From: Acidimicrobiia bacterium
GTDB taxonomy: Bacteria > Actinomycetota > Acidimicrobiia > Spongiisociales > ZC4RG35
Direction: 5' to 3'
DNA length: 64,000 nt
Assembly: GCA_965215185.1 (NCBI GenBank)
Contig: OZ244034.1
Span: forward strand, 384,001-448,000
Shown: positions 1 to 9,291 of the stretch, piece by piece
Position numbering within the stretch: position 1 is the stretch's first letter
Layout: each line of letters begins with the position of its first letter
Translations under genes and position numbers: made by a program
The notes under the pieces: generated by a model
Databases searched by the model: none
What the model saw: only the letters and a program-made list of their open reading frames with translations
Told to the model about the DNA's origin: nothing

Positions 1-1343
1 TTGACCGCAGTAGCAACGTCCAGTTCGCCACGCATTTGCAGATCCATGGCCGCTCCGCCGAAGACCGCAAACCACAAGAAGCACAGTAGGCAGGGAAGGA
101 CCATCACACCGAGGATCATTTCCCGCACCGAGCGCCCCTTAGAGATTCGAGCGATAAACATACCGACGAAGGGAGACCAAGAGATCCACCATCCCCAGTA
201 GAAGATGGTCCACCACTGTTGCCATTGGGTATCGACCAAGGCGGCGTTCCAGAACGAAAACTCCGGGAGCACCTGGATGTAGACACCGATGCTTTCAACA
301 TACAGCGAGAGAATCAACAAAGTGGGACCCACCGCGAGCACAAAGACCAAGAACGCCCCGGCCAGCCACACGTTGATCTGGCTCAGCCTCTTGACCCCGG
401 CGTCCAGGCCCGCCACAACCGAGATGGTTGCCAACCCGGTGATAACGGCGATAAGAACGATCTGAAAACCGGTGCCCGAAGGGAGACCGAAGAGCTTGTT
501 CAACCCCGCGGCCGCCTGTCCGGCGCCGAACCCCAGTGAGGTGGCAAGACCGAAAAGGGTGGCCACCACGGTGAGGACGTCGATCGCGTTGCCCCATCCA
601 CCGTAGATCCTCTTACCGAGAATCGGATAGAAGACCGAACGGAAAGTCAGTGGCAAGCCTCGGTTGTAGGCAAAGAACCCCAAAGCCAGTGCTACCAGTC
701 CATACAGCGCCCATCCATGGACCCCCCAATGGAGGTAGGAGGTCGCCAGTGCGGCTCTGGCCGCGCCAGATGACAAGGGTTCCACGTCGAACAAGGGAGG
801 CGGCGCTGTGAGGTGGAAGATTGGCTCTGCCACACCCCAGAACATCAACCCGATGCCAATACCGGCGGAGATCAACATTGCGTACCAAGCGCCCGAGGAA
901 AACTCCGGAAGAGCTCTTGGCCCACCTAATCGAATCTTGCCGTACCTGCCAAACGCAAAGTAGAGCGCGGCACCGATGAAGATGTTGAATGAGATGATGT
1001 ACAGCCAACCCACCTTCTCGTTGATGAAGTTGAGAATGGTGCCGAAGACACCACTGGCCTGATCTGGGTAGAACAAAGTGGCCAGGATGAAGACCAACAT
1101 GAATCCGGCAGCGGAGAACGTCACCTGCGGATGAATGTCGAATCCATACTTGACGATGTTCCTGTCACCGGGCTCGCGATCCGCAACATCTGGATAGAAA
1201 TCGATGTCGGGGTCGATTTGGAGGCCTTCGAACTGGGCTCGATTACGGATCGCCGCCTCGCGACGGCTTTCCTCTTTTTCCTCCCAGTCTTCGTAGGCTT
1301 CCGCAACCGTGGTGAGATCAAGATCTTGGTCTTTGTCAGCCAT
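1..1343 (-). CDS. BCCT family (betaine/carnitine/choline) transporter, 3' end runs off the window
   Basis: Manual minus-strand translation from ATG 1343 (AGAAGGGAG RBS upstream): MADKDQ...GWLYIISFNIF...IRLGG...WYAMLISAGIGIGLMFWGVAEP...HWGVHGWALY...WTIFYWGWWISWSPFVGMFIARISKGRSVRE. These are BCCT signature motifs. Absent from the ORF track because there is no stop in the window. Confidence 0.95.
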   Translation of the reverse strand, partial: MADKDQDLDLTTVAEAYEDWEEKEESRREAAIRNRAQFEGLQIDPDIDFYPDVADREPGDRNIVKYGFDIHPQVTFSAAGFMLVFILATLFYPDQASGVFGTILNFINEKVGWLYIISFNIFIGAALYFAFGRYGKIRLGGPRALPEFSSGAWYAMLISAGIGIGLMFWGVAEPIFHLTAPPPLFDVEPLSSGAARAALATSYLHWGVHGWALYGLVALALGFFAYNRGLPLTFRSVFYPILGKRIYGGWGNAIDVLTVVATLFGLATSLGFGAGQAAAGLNKLFGLPSGTGFQIVLIAVITGLATISVVAGLDAGVKRLSQINVWLAGAFLVFVLAVGPTLLILSLYVESIGVYIQVLPEFSFWNAALVDTQWQQWWTIFYWGWWISWSPFVGMFIARISKGRSVREMILGVMVLPCLLCFLWFAVFGGAAMDLQMRGELDVATAV

Positions 1344-1561
1344 CGCGGCTCCCTTCTAATCGCAAATCCATCATCGGCGTCTCCTTTCAGTAGCCCAACA
1401 ACGGCTGACCGCACTGTTCAGGGGCGGCTTGAGAAAGACCATAGCCAATGACGGCCCGCCGAATTGCAAAAACCGCACAAAGTTTCTAACCTTCTCCGGT
1501 TTTCTTTTTCCTCCCCCTTCCCATATTGGTTGCTAATCTTCGGTCTACCCCTTACCTCTGG

Positions 1562-3655
1562 ATGCCGTCCATGCGCCGAATCGTCTTCACAGCCTTGGGA
1601 ACACTGACGGTCTCTTGGGCACTGCTCCTGGGGGCTGGCATGGCGATAGGCCAGCCCGAGGAGGACTCATCCGCAGAACCCACCGTGCGGATAGCGCGCG
1701 CCACATGGGACACCGGTTGGTTTCAAGCCGAGGTTTACCGGCTGCTCATCCAACGGCTTGGCTATCGGGTGGAGGGCCCGTTCACCATGGACAATGACGA
1801 GTTCTATGAGGCTTTGGCAGCCGGCGAGGTGGATCTTTGGGCCAACGGGTGGTTCCCAACCCACGACTCTCACATTCGGGTGGGAGTGGTGGAAACGGTG
1901 GGTACTCAGGTCGATGACGGCGCGCTGCAGGGATACTTTGTCGATAAGGCCACTGCCGAGACTCATGGCATCACCAGCCTGGGTGACCTGGCCGCTCCGG
2001 AGATTGCCGCCCTGTTCGATCGGGACGCCGACGGCTTGGCCGATCTGATCGGGTGTGAAGTTTCCTGGGGATGTGCGGCGATCATCGAGCATCACCTTGA
2101 GGCATATGGGTTGAAGGAGACCGTCGAACAGGTGCAAGGCGCCTACTCGCCTCTGATAACCGAGACCATAGACCGCTACCACGCCGGTCAACCGGTCCTC
2201 TTCTATACCTGGACCCCTAACTGGACGGTGGGGGAGTTGGAGCCGGGTCGGGAGGTTATCTGGTTGGAGACGCCGTTCCCTTCCCTTCCCGCCGACCAGA
2301 TCGCCTTCTTGGACCGGACGGCCATTGCCGGGATTCCCGGATGCGCCAATGATCCGTGTCAGGTGGGCTGGCCTCCCAATGACATCCGGGTGGTGGCCAA
2401 CTCCGGTTTTCTGGAGAACAACCCTTCGATTCGGAGGCTGCTGGAACAAGTGGTCATTTCCCTCCACGACATCTCCGCCCAGAACGCGCTGATGGTTGCC
2501 GATGAGGGCGATCCTGAGGACATTCGCCGCCATGCTGAGGAGTGGGTGGCGGCCAATGAAGTAGTGGTTACTCGCTGGATCGAGACTGCCGACCCCAACG
2601 CGGTCGGTTTGCAAAACCTCCAAGGGGACGAGTCGGCGTCGGGAGGGACGTTGAGAGTGGCGGCGCGCGCCCTCCCGCCTTTCGTTATTTATGAGAATCG
2701 GGCGTACAACGGCTTTGAGGTGGAATTGGTGCGCCTTCTTGCTGCCCGGTTGGGCATGGAAGCCGAGATATATGCGGTGGACACTGTCGCCAAGCAAATT
2801 GACGACGTTAACCGCGGTGTAGCCCGAGTGGCGTTGGGAGGGGTGGCCATCACGGAGTCGCGCGAGCAGGTGGTGGACTTTTCTATGCCGGTTCTCGATA
2901 CGGGTCTGACCATCTTGGCCCCCACTCACGCCTCACGCGGTCTCGGAGACCGGATCGGGACATTCTTCACGGCCATCGTCTCCTCGGACCTGCCCTGGTT
3001 GCTAGTGCTCTTCGGGGTGGCAGTCCTGATCTCCGCCCATGTGATCTGGTGGTTGGAACGTAACCACAACACCGATTTCGCCGTGCCCTACCGGCAGGGT
3101 ATCTGGGACTCGTTCTATTGGTCGGTCGTGACCATGAGCACGGTCGGATATGGTGACAAGGTGGCTCGGGGAAGCATGGGGAGAGTATTCGCCCTAGTAT
3201 GGATCGCCCTGGGGACGCTGGTGTTCGCCAGCTTCACCGCCTCGATAGCCTCCTCGCTGGCGGTCAACGAGTTGCGCAGTGAGATCTCCGGACCCCAGGA
3301 CCTGCCTGGTCACCGAGTGGCGACGGTGACGCGCTCTGCCGGGGAGACCTATCTGTCCACCATAGGGGTGGGTTCGGTTCCGGTGGATGATATTGAGCAA
3401 GCCTATGGTCTCTTGGCGGAGGGCGATGTTGATGCCATCGTGTTTGATGCTCCGGTTCTCCGTTTTCACGCCGCTCGGGAGGGGCAAGGTGAAGTGGCCA
3501 CATTCGGGCCGGCGTTCGAGAAGGTGCAATACGGGCTGGCGGTCAGTGAGGATGACGCCGAGTTCCGAGAACGGCTCAATCTTGCTCTGTTGGATCTGAT
3601 CGAAAGTGGCGTCTACGGACAACTCCATGACCGGTGGTTCGGCGCTTTGGGCTGA
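1562..3655 (+). CDS. Fusion protein: ProX/OpuAC-type quaternary-amine-binding domain + GluR0-like ligand-binding domain with K+ channel pore
   Basis: Signal peptide (MRRIVF...GMAIG); ProX-like motifs GALQGYFVDK, LFDRDADGLADLIGCEVSWGC, YTWTPNW; S1 segment PPFV...AITESREQVVDFS; TM1; pore WSVVTMSTVGYGD; TM2; S2 segment DAIVFDAPVL...RWFG. Start is 1562 or 1571 (ORF track 1526). Confidence 0.9.
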   Translation: MPSMRRIVFTALGTLTVSWALLLGAGMAIGQPEEDSSAEPTVRIARATWDTGWFQAEVYRLLIQRLGYRVEGPFTMDNDEFYEALAAGEVDLWANGWFPTHDSHIRVGVVETVGTQVDDGALQGYFVDKATAETHGITSLGDLAAPEIAALFDRDADGLADLIGCEVSWGCAAIIEHHLEAYGLKETVEQVQGAYSPLITETIDRYHAGQPVLFYTWTPNWTVGELEPGREVIWLETPFPSLPADQIAFLDRTAIAGIPGCANDPCQVGWPPNDIRVVANSGFLENNPSIRRLLEQVVISLHDISAQNALMVADEGDPEDIRRHAEEWVAANEVVVTRWIETADPNAVGLQNLQGDESASGGTLRVAARALPPFVIYENRAYNGFEVELVRLLAARLGMEAEIYAVDTVAKQIDDVNRGVARVALGGVAITESREQVVDFSMPVLDTGLTILAPTHASRGLGDRIGTFFTAIVSSDLPWLLVLFGVAVLISAHVIWWLERNHNTDFAVPYRQGIWDSFYWSVVTMSTVGYGDKVARGSMGRVFALVWIALGTLVFASFTASIASSLAVNELRSEISGPQDLPGHRVATVTRSAGETYLSTIGVGSVPVDDIEQAYGLLAEGDVDAIVFDAPVLRFHAAREGQGEVATFGPAFEKVQYGLAVSEDDAEFRERLNLALLDLIESGVYGQLHDRWFGALG

Positions 3656-3715
3656 GCCGGTCACCGTGGGTCAACGCGGTTGCCCCTGACGCGGGCAACT
3701 GGTAGCCTTCCCCCT

Positions 3716-4378
3716 ATGTCATGGCGCAAGAAGCCCAAAACTGTTCCCGATAAGAATCAGGCTCTCCCCGGCAGGCAGACTCCCCTTGCGGTATCCGAAT
3801 TGCACCATGTCTCCGGAGCGCGGATCGTCGCTCCCTTCCCCGAGGACACCGAAGTCATCTGGTTCGGCATGGGTTGCTTTTGGGGGGCGGAGCGGATGTT
3901 TTGGCAGACCGAGGGGGTGTATTCGACCGCAGCCGGCTACCAAGGGGGGTTGACGCCCAATCCCACCTATGAAGAGGTTTGTTCGGGCATGACCGGACAC
4001 ACCGAGGTGGTGCAGGTGGTGTTCAGGCCCCTTGATGTCAGTCTCGATCAACTCATGCGGGTCTTTTGGGAGGGACATGATCCCACCCAGGGGATGAAGC
4101 AGGGCAATGATTACGGAACCCAGTATCGCTCCGCGGTTTATGTCAGTAGGGAAGAGCACCTGCCGGTGGTCTGGGCAAGCCTGGAGGCCTATCAGGCAGA
4201 GCTTTATCGCAGCGGCTATGACCAGATAACCACCGAAATCGGTGTGGACAAGCCCTTTTACTACGCCGAGGACTACCACCAGCAGTATCTATCCAAGAAC
4301 CCGTGGGGATACTGCGGAATTGGTGGGACCGGCGTTTCCTACTGCACTCCGGCTCAGGCCCAGCAACCTACCGGATAA
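3716..4378 (+). CDS. msrA: Peptide-methionine (S)-S-oxide reductase
   Basis: GMGCFWGAE active site, [27 protein letters not shown] motifs. Confidence 0.97.
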   Translation: MSWRKKPKTVPDKNQALPGRQTPLAVSELHHVSGARIVAPFPEDTEVIWFGMGCFWGAERMFWQTEGVYSTAAGYQGGLTPNPTYEEVCSGMTGHTEVVQVVFRPLDVSLDQLMRVFWEGHDPTQGMKQGNDYGTQYRSAVYVSREEHLPVVWASLEAYQAELYRSGYDQITTEIGVDKPFYYAEDYHQQYLSKNPWGYCGIGGTGVSYCTPAQAQQPTG

Positions 4379-4390
4379 ACCGGGCGAGCG

Positions 4391-5536
4391 GTGAAGGAGT
4401 CTCTCCGCTCCCAAGTTCCTCCGTTCTACGTGATGGAGGTGATGAAGGCTGCCGCCCGCCGAGAAGTTGCGGGCGGCGACGTGCTTCATTTGGAGGTGGG
4501 CCAGCCTATGACGCCTGCTCCGGCACGGGTATTGGAGGCGGCCCGGAGAGGTTTGACGCACGATCGTCTCGGCTACACGGCGGCTACCGGGCTAGTGGCT
4601 CTCCGGGAGAGGATCGGGCGTTTTTATGGGGAGCGTTACGGATTGGATGTGTCACACGAACGGGTGGTGATGACAATTGGCGCCTCCGCCGGTTTTGTCC
4701 TGGCTTGCTTGGCGCTGTTCGATCCCGGTGATCGGGTGGCCATGACCGTCCCCGGCTATTCGGCCTATCGCAATGTTCTCACCGCGTTGGGCCTGGAATT
4801 GGTGGAAGTCAGGGTGGATGCCGAAACCCGTTTCGTTCCATCGGTAGATTGCCTGGAGATGGCCGGTCCCTTGGACGGGTTGGTGGTGGCTAGTCCCTCG
4901 AATCCCACCGGAGTAACCTTGACGGGCGCCGAAATGAGGACGGTTGCCGACTTCTGCTCGAAAACGGGAACGGCATTGATTTGCGATGAGATATATCACG
5001 GGATCGAATACGGGGAGAGAGCTGTCAGCGCCCTCGAGTTCAGCGATTCGGCGGTGGTGGTGCAGAGCTTTTCCAAGTACTTCTCCATGACCGGTTGGCG
5101 GTTGGGATGGTTGGTAGTGCCTCCCGAGATGTTCCGATCCCTGGAGCGCCTGGCTCAGAACCTGTTCATCGCTCCCCCCACCATCTCTCAGTTGGGAGCT
5201 TTGGAGGCGTTCGATTGCTCAGAGGAGTTGGATGCCAATGTCGCCGCCTACGGGGAGAGCCGGAATGTTCTGGTGAAGGGGCTGGCAGAGGCGGGTATCG
5301 ACCGGATCGCTCCACCGGATGGAGCTTTCTATGTGTATGCCGACATCTCCCACCTGGGCATGGACTCTCCCACCCTGTGCGCCCGTTGGCTGGAAGAGTT
5401 GGGGGTGGCCGCCACCCCCGGCATCGATTTCGACCCCGAATATGGCGATAGCTGGATACGGTTCTCCTACTCCGAATCCACCGCCGATATAGCCGAGGCG
5501 GTTCGTCGCCTGAAGAACTGGGCGGTCGGGCGATAG
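4391..5536 (+). CDS. PLP-dependent aminotransferase class I/II (aspartate aminotransferase-like)
   Basis: SPSNPTG, DEIYHG, SFSKYFSMTGWRLGW (PLP Lys). Confidence 0.92.
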   Translation: MKESLRSQVPPFYVMEVMKAAARREVAGGDVLHLEVGQPMTPAPARVLEAARRGLTHDRLGYTAATGLVALRERIGRFYGERYGLDVSHERVVMTIGASAGFVLACLALFDPGDRVAMTVPGYSAYRNVLTALGLELVEVRVDAETRFVPSVDCLEMAGPLDGLVVASPSNPTGVTLTGAEMRTVADFCSKTGTALICDEIYHGIEYGERAVSALEFSDSAVVVQSFSKYFSMTGWRLGWLVVPPEMFRSLERLAQNLFIAPPTISQLGALEAFDCSEELDANVAAYGESRNVLVKGLAEAGIDRIAPPDGAFYVYADISHLGMDSPTLCARWLEELGVAATPGIDFDPEYGDSWIRFSYSESTADIAEAVRRLKNWAVGR

Positions 5537-5552
5537 CCGGACGCCGGTAGAG

Positions 5553-5972
5553 TTGGCGGTCGTGTTGGACCCTGCTGTGTTAGGTATCGGCGGTGGATTT
5601 GCCGAGATGGTGGGCTTGGTGCTCGACGAGTTCTCCTCCTCGAGGGTGAGAGGGCATGTTGAAGTGGGGAAGGAGCATCATCAACCCTTCGGGATGGTGA
5701 ATGCCGGACTGCACGCCACCATGGTGGAGACCCTTGCTTCAGTTGGCGCTTTCATATGGGCGCAGGAGCAGGGGATGGCGGCCGCAGTGGGAGTGAACAA
5801 CGCCACCGATTTCTTCCGTTCTCATCGTTTCGGTCGTCTGGACGGCGAGGCAATACCTGTCCATCAGGGTCGCAGCCAACAGATCTGGCAGGTAACCATC
5901 ACCCGGGCCTCTGATGGGAAAATGGTGGCCCAAGGTCGGCTTCGCCTTCAGAACCTGGGTCAGGTCCGCTGA
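5553..5972 (+). CDS. PaaI family hotdog-fold thioesterase
   Basis: HHQPFGMVNAGLHATMVETLAS motif, 139 aa. Confidence 0.85.
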   Translation: MAVVLDPAVLGIGGGFAEMVGLVLDEFSSSRVRGHVEVGKEHHQPFGMVNAGLHATMVETLASVGAFIWAQEQGMAAAVGVNNATDFFRSHRFGRLDGEAIPVHQGRSQQIWQVTITRASDGKMVAQGRLRLQNLGQVR

Positions 5973-6134
5973 GTAACACCGCTTTCGTTCAAACGAAGGC
6001 GCAGAGAATTAGTTTTGGTTTTTTCGCTGATATGGTGGTCTGCCTTTCGGGGGGAGTGATTTGGAGGGTGCGTTCGGGGGAATCGCAAATAATTACTTCC
6101 GGTTTTCCCCAATTGGGCGAGTGTTGGCTATTAC

Positions 6135-6171
6135 TGTCCGTATATCGGAATGTAATTCCGCTAATTGGACA
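6135..6171. promoter_or_regulatory. Candidate IclR (PcaR/PobR-type) operator, two 15-bp boxes
   Basis: GTCCG-TATAT-CGGAA (6136-6150) and TTCCG-CTAAT-TGGAC (6156-6170). TGTCCGTATATC (6135-6146) is the exact reverse complement of 19177-19188. An IclR gene lies in the cluster. Confidence 0.55.
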
Positions 6172-6301
6172 TTTCGAGCAGAGTGCCCCGGTTGAGCGAT
6201 ATCAGTTGGAGTGTTCTGTTCAATGTTTACAGGGAACTAGAGAAGGTAGTAGCACCCGAGCGACCGGCATGGTCGCATGGGTCTGGAAGGAGAAATAATC
6301 G

Positions 6302-7537
6302 ATGAGTAAACGCAGATCTTGGGTACGTGCCTTTGTGGTGTTGTCCGTTCTGGCCTTGGTCGCCGCCTCCTGTGGCGACGGATCAGATGAGGTGGCGCCC
6401 ACCACGGCCGCGCCCACCACAGCGGCGCCCACCACGGCCGCTCCCGAGCCCATCATGTTGGGAACCATTTGGTTCAACTCAGGTGTGGCTGTTGGGCTGG
6501 GCGACATTATGCGCAATGGGTTCGACCTAGCCGTGAAGCAGCAGAATGAGGCCGGTGGTGTCTTGGGACGTCAAGTCGAGGTGGTCGACTACGACGAGGG
6601 CTATTCGGCTGATGAGTCGGTTGCCTCAGCCCGCAAGGCGATCGCCGATGGTGTGGCTGGCATTGCCGGGGGCAACGACGCCACCACTTGTGTGGCGATG
6701 AAGGATGTCGCGGCCGAGGCGGGGATCCCCTTGGTGGTGACCGCCTGCGGTTCGGAACTGATTACGGCCGAGGGCTATGAGGGAGTGGTGCACGTCCGGG
6801 CTCCGGTGAAGCAGAGCCAGTCCGACAGCAACGCCCTATCCGTGTTGGCCCGGTGGATGATTCAGCAGGGCTACAACCGCGTGCAGGGCGTAGGTGTCGA
6901 CTCTGACTGGGTGCGACTCACCCATGACGAGTTCACCCGCATCTTCGCGGAGGAAGCTCCCTCCGACTTTGAGTACACCGGTATGGTGTACTTCCCCTAT
7001 GGAACGGCTGAAGCCCGGATTGAAGTGACCAAGGGCGTCGGCAATGATCCCGATCTTCTGTATCTCGGGCTGTGGGGCAAGGACGTGGTAGTCAACGCCG
7101 TGCAAGCCGCCCGCGAGATCGGCTATGAGGGTGACATCATGATCAACGAGGTCGTGTTCACTCCGCCTGAAGTGGAAGCCTTGGGCGATCTTGCCGAGGG
7201 TGTTTACAGTTCGACCGGGTGGATTCTGGATGAGTCCATTCCGGAGGCGGCGGCCTTCTCCGCGGCGTACGAGGCCGAATACGGGTCGGCCCCGGATTGG
7301 TGGTCCGAACTGGGGTATACGGCTGCCCAGCAGTTGATGGCGGCTATCGAAGCAGCCGGCACCACCGACTACGCGGCGGTCGCTCCGCTGATGAATGATG
7401 AGCATGGATTTATCACCCCTCGTGGTAAGCCGTTGCGTTTCAACGACAAGGGCCTGCGACTGGTCGACGACTGGATCATCATCCAATCCCAGGGCGGCGT
7501 CCTGCTGCCGGTGGATGCCGTTCCTCTCGCTGGCTAG
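6302..7537 (+). CDS. ABC transporter substrate-binding lipoprotein, Liv/HAAT (periplasmic binding protein type 1) family
   Basis: Lipobox VAASC, APTTA linker, LAVKQQNEAGGVLGRQVEVVDYDE; upstream of livHMGF-like genes. Confidence 0.9.
   Translation: MSKRRSWVRAFVVLSVLALVAASCGDGSDEVAPTTAAPTTAAPTTAAPEPIMLGTIWFNSGVAVGLGDIMRNGFDLAVKQQNEAGGVLGRQVEVVDYDEGYSADESVASARKAIADGVAGIAGGNDATTCVAMKDVAAEAGIPLVVTACGSELITAEGYEGVVHVRAPVKQSQSDSNALSVLARWMIQQGYNRVQGVGVDSDWVRLTHDEFTRIFAEEAPSDFEYTGMVYFPYGTAEARIEVTKGVGNDPDLLYLGLWGKDVVVNAVQAAREIGYEGDIMINEVVFTPPEVEALGDLAEGVYSSTGWILDESIPEAAAFSAAYEAEYGSAPDWWSELGYTAAQQLMAAIEAAGTTDYAAVAPLMNDEHGFITPRGKPLRFNDKGLRLVDDWIIIQSQGGVLLPVDAVPLAG
6395..6445 (+). repeat. 15-bp coding tandem repeat (APTTA x3)
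   Basis: GCGCCCACCACGGCC / GCGCCCACCACAGCG / GCGCCCACCACGGCC / GCTCCC. Confidence 0.9.
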
Positions 7538-7560
7538 TTAGATCCTTCCATAAATAGTGA

Positions 7561-7601
7561 TGTATCGGTCTGCGCCCATCTATCTGGGCCAGACCGATAC
7601 A
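7561..7601 (+). terminator. Stem-loop after the SBP gene (mRNA-stabilising element or partial terminator)
   Basis: TGTATCGGTCTG-c-GCCCA-tctatc-TGGGC-CAGACCGATACA; no U-tract. Confidence 0.6.
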
Positions 7602-7632
7602 CCCTACGGATAACCAAGGAGGCTGGGCCAAA

Positions 7633-8031
7633 GTGAAGAGAGTTTACGTACCAGTCGAAGAGGCGCTGTTCAAGGCCATCGGGTCAAAGAGCCGTTGGAA
7701 CGATGTGGTCCGAGTAGGTAATACCATGTGGGTCACCGGGCAACTGGGCTGGGATCGCAGCACCGGAGTGCTGGCGGATACCTTGGAGGAGCAGACGGAA
7801 CTGGCTCTCCAAAACCTCGAGAATGCCTTGAGCCGCGCAGGGGCCGCCTTGAGTGATGTGGTGCTGACCAGGATCTATCTGACCGATCATGACCACTACC
7901 ACCGCTACGAGGTCATCTACAACCGCTATTTCCCCAGCCAGCAGCCCGCTCGGGTCTCGGTGGTGGTGGCGGAGCTGATCCACCACTCACTGATTGACAT
8001 CGAAGCCGTAGCAGTGGTGGATGAGGAGTGA
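7633..8031 (+). CDS. RidA/YjgF family protein
   Basis: VTGQLG, EQTELALQNL, YNRYF..QPARV (conserved Arg), IDIEAVA. Confidence 0.9.
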   Translation: MKRVYVPVEEALFKAIGSKSRWNDVVRVGNTMWVTGQLGWDRSTGVLADTLEEQTELALQNLENALSRAGAALSDVVLTRIYLTDHDHYHRYEVIYNRYFPSQQPARVSVVVAELIHHSLIDIEAVAVVDEE

Positions 8032-8088
8032 CTGGTTCCCGACGCATTGGACCTTCTTGGTGTCGCTCTCTAATCCAATGAGAAGAAC

Positions 8089-8418
8089 ATGATCAAGACG
8101 GTGACTTTGCTGAACAGGAGGCCCGACCTGACCAGCGAGCAGTTTCATGAGCATTGGAAGACTGTCCATGCTGCTCTGGTGCTGGCCATGCCCAGGGTGC
8201 GGCGTTATGTTCAATGTCGACCCTTGGAGGTTCCCGGTCGCGAGGCGCCCTGCGACGGTGTTGCCGAGGTGTGGTACGAAAGCGTCGAGGATTTTCTGGC
8301 CACGGCCGCTTCCGAAGAATACGTCCGGCTCTTAGCCGACGAGAAGAACTTCATGGGCGCCAAAACTCAGGACTCGGTGTTCGTGATAGTGGAAGAGGAC
8401 GAGTTTCCTGTTGAATAG
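8089..8418 (+). CDS. EthD family protein
   Basis: RRPDLTSEQFHEHWKTVHA, DGVAEVWYES, ADEKNF. Confidence 0.88.
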   Translation: MIKTVTLLNRRPDLTSEQFHEHWKTVHAALVLAMPRVRRYVQCRPLEVPGREAPCDGVAEVWYESVEDFLATAASEEYVRLLADEKNFMGAKTQDSVFVIVEEDEFPVE

Positions 8419-8433
8419 ACTCACCGGCCACAG

Positions 8434-9243
8434 ATGACTGCTGCTCCTGACAACCAGCGTGGATCTCTATCCAAGGGATTGCGCATCCTGGCCTCTTTCG
8501 ACGAGAAGTCCCCTGCTCTGACCATCGCCGACATCTCGCGGCGCACCGAGATCAGCCGGGCCAGCGTCTACCGACTCACCGGCGTCCTGGAGGAATTGGG
8601 ATACATACAGAGGGATGAACGATTCTTCCGTCCCTCCAGTAAGGTGCTGAAACTGGGAGTGGCGGCCGTCGAATCCCGGGAGTTCGTTGAGCACATTCGA
8701 CCCTATCTGGATCAGATAAGCGCATTGCTTCCCCAGGCCACCGCCATCAACTATGGGGTGCTCGAAGGGACCGACATCATTTACCTAGCCCGTCGGCATC
8801 AAGACGACATCATCACCATCAACCTACGGGTGGGGAGTCGCCTTCCCGCTTATCTCAGTTCGCTGGGCAAAGCAATCCTTTCCGCCATGCCCCCCGCAGA
8901 TGTGGAGGAGGTGGTGGCGCAAATGAGTTTCGAGCGACGGACCTCCACCACCATCACCAGCGCAGATCGCTATCGGGCGGAGGTGGAGCAGGCTCGCGTG
9001 AAAGGGATCGCGGTTAATGACCAGGAACTAACCATGGGGCTGCGCTCGGTTGCCGCTCCGGTCTTCCATGGATCGGAAGTGATAGGGGCGGTAGGAGTGG
9101 CCACGCTGGTCATAAGAGCGGATCTTGAGACTTTGGAGAACGATTACGGCCCGGTTCTGCAGTCCTTCACGAAAAAGATCAGCGAGGAGATATCCGCCAT
9201 AAGGCTCGACAACCGGGTCCCAATCTACGCTAGCCATGAGTGA
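8434..9243 (+). CDS. IclR family transcriptional regulator (PcaR/PobR-like)
   Basis: SLSKGLRILASF HTH, VGSRLPAYLSSLGKA, DQELTMGLRSVAAPV. Confidence 0.93.
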   Translation: MTAAPDNQRGSLSKGLRILASFDEKSPALTIADISRRTEISRASVYRLTGVLEELGYIQRDERFFRPSSKVLKLGVAAVESREFVEHIRPYLDQISALLPQATAINYGVLEGTDIIYLARRHQDDIITINLRVGSRLPAYLSSLGKAILSAMPPADVEEVVAQMSFERRTSTTITSADRYRAEVEQARVKGIAVNDQELTMGLRSVAAPVFHGSEVIGAVGVATLVIRADLETLENDYGPVLQSFTKKISEEISAIRLDNRVPIYASHE

Positions 9244-9291
9244 GACAGGTCCGTATAGGTCGGGTGTTTCAGGCAAGGGGAGGTCTGGACG

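Noticed and set aside
1667-2929. 420-aa antisense ORF (and similar long shadow ORFs at 17771-18955, 47912-49042, 49680-50753)
   Set aside because: They lie opposite well-supported genes and have no recognisable motifs; such ORFs are expected from high-GC codon bias.
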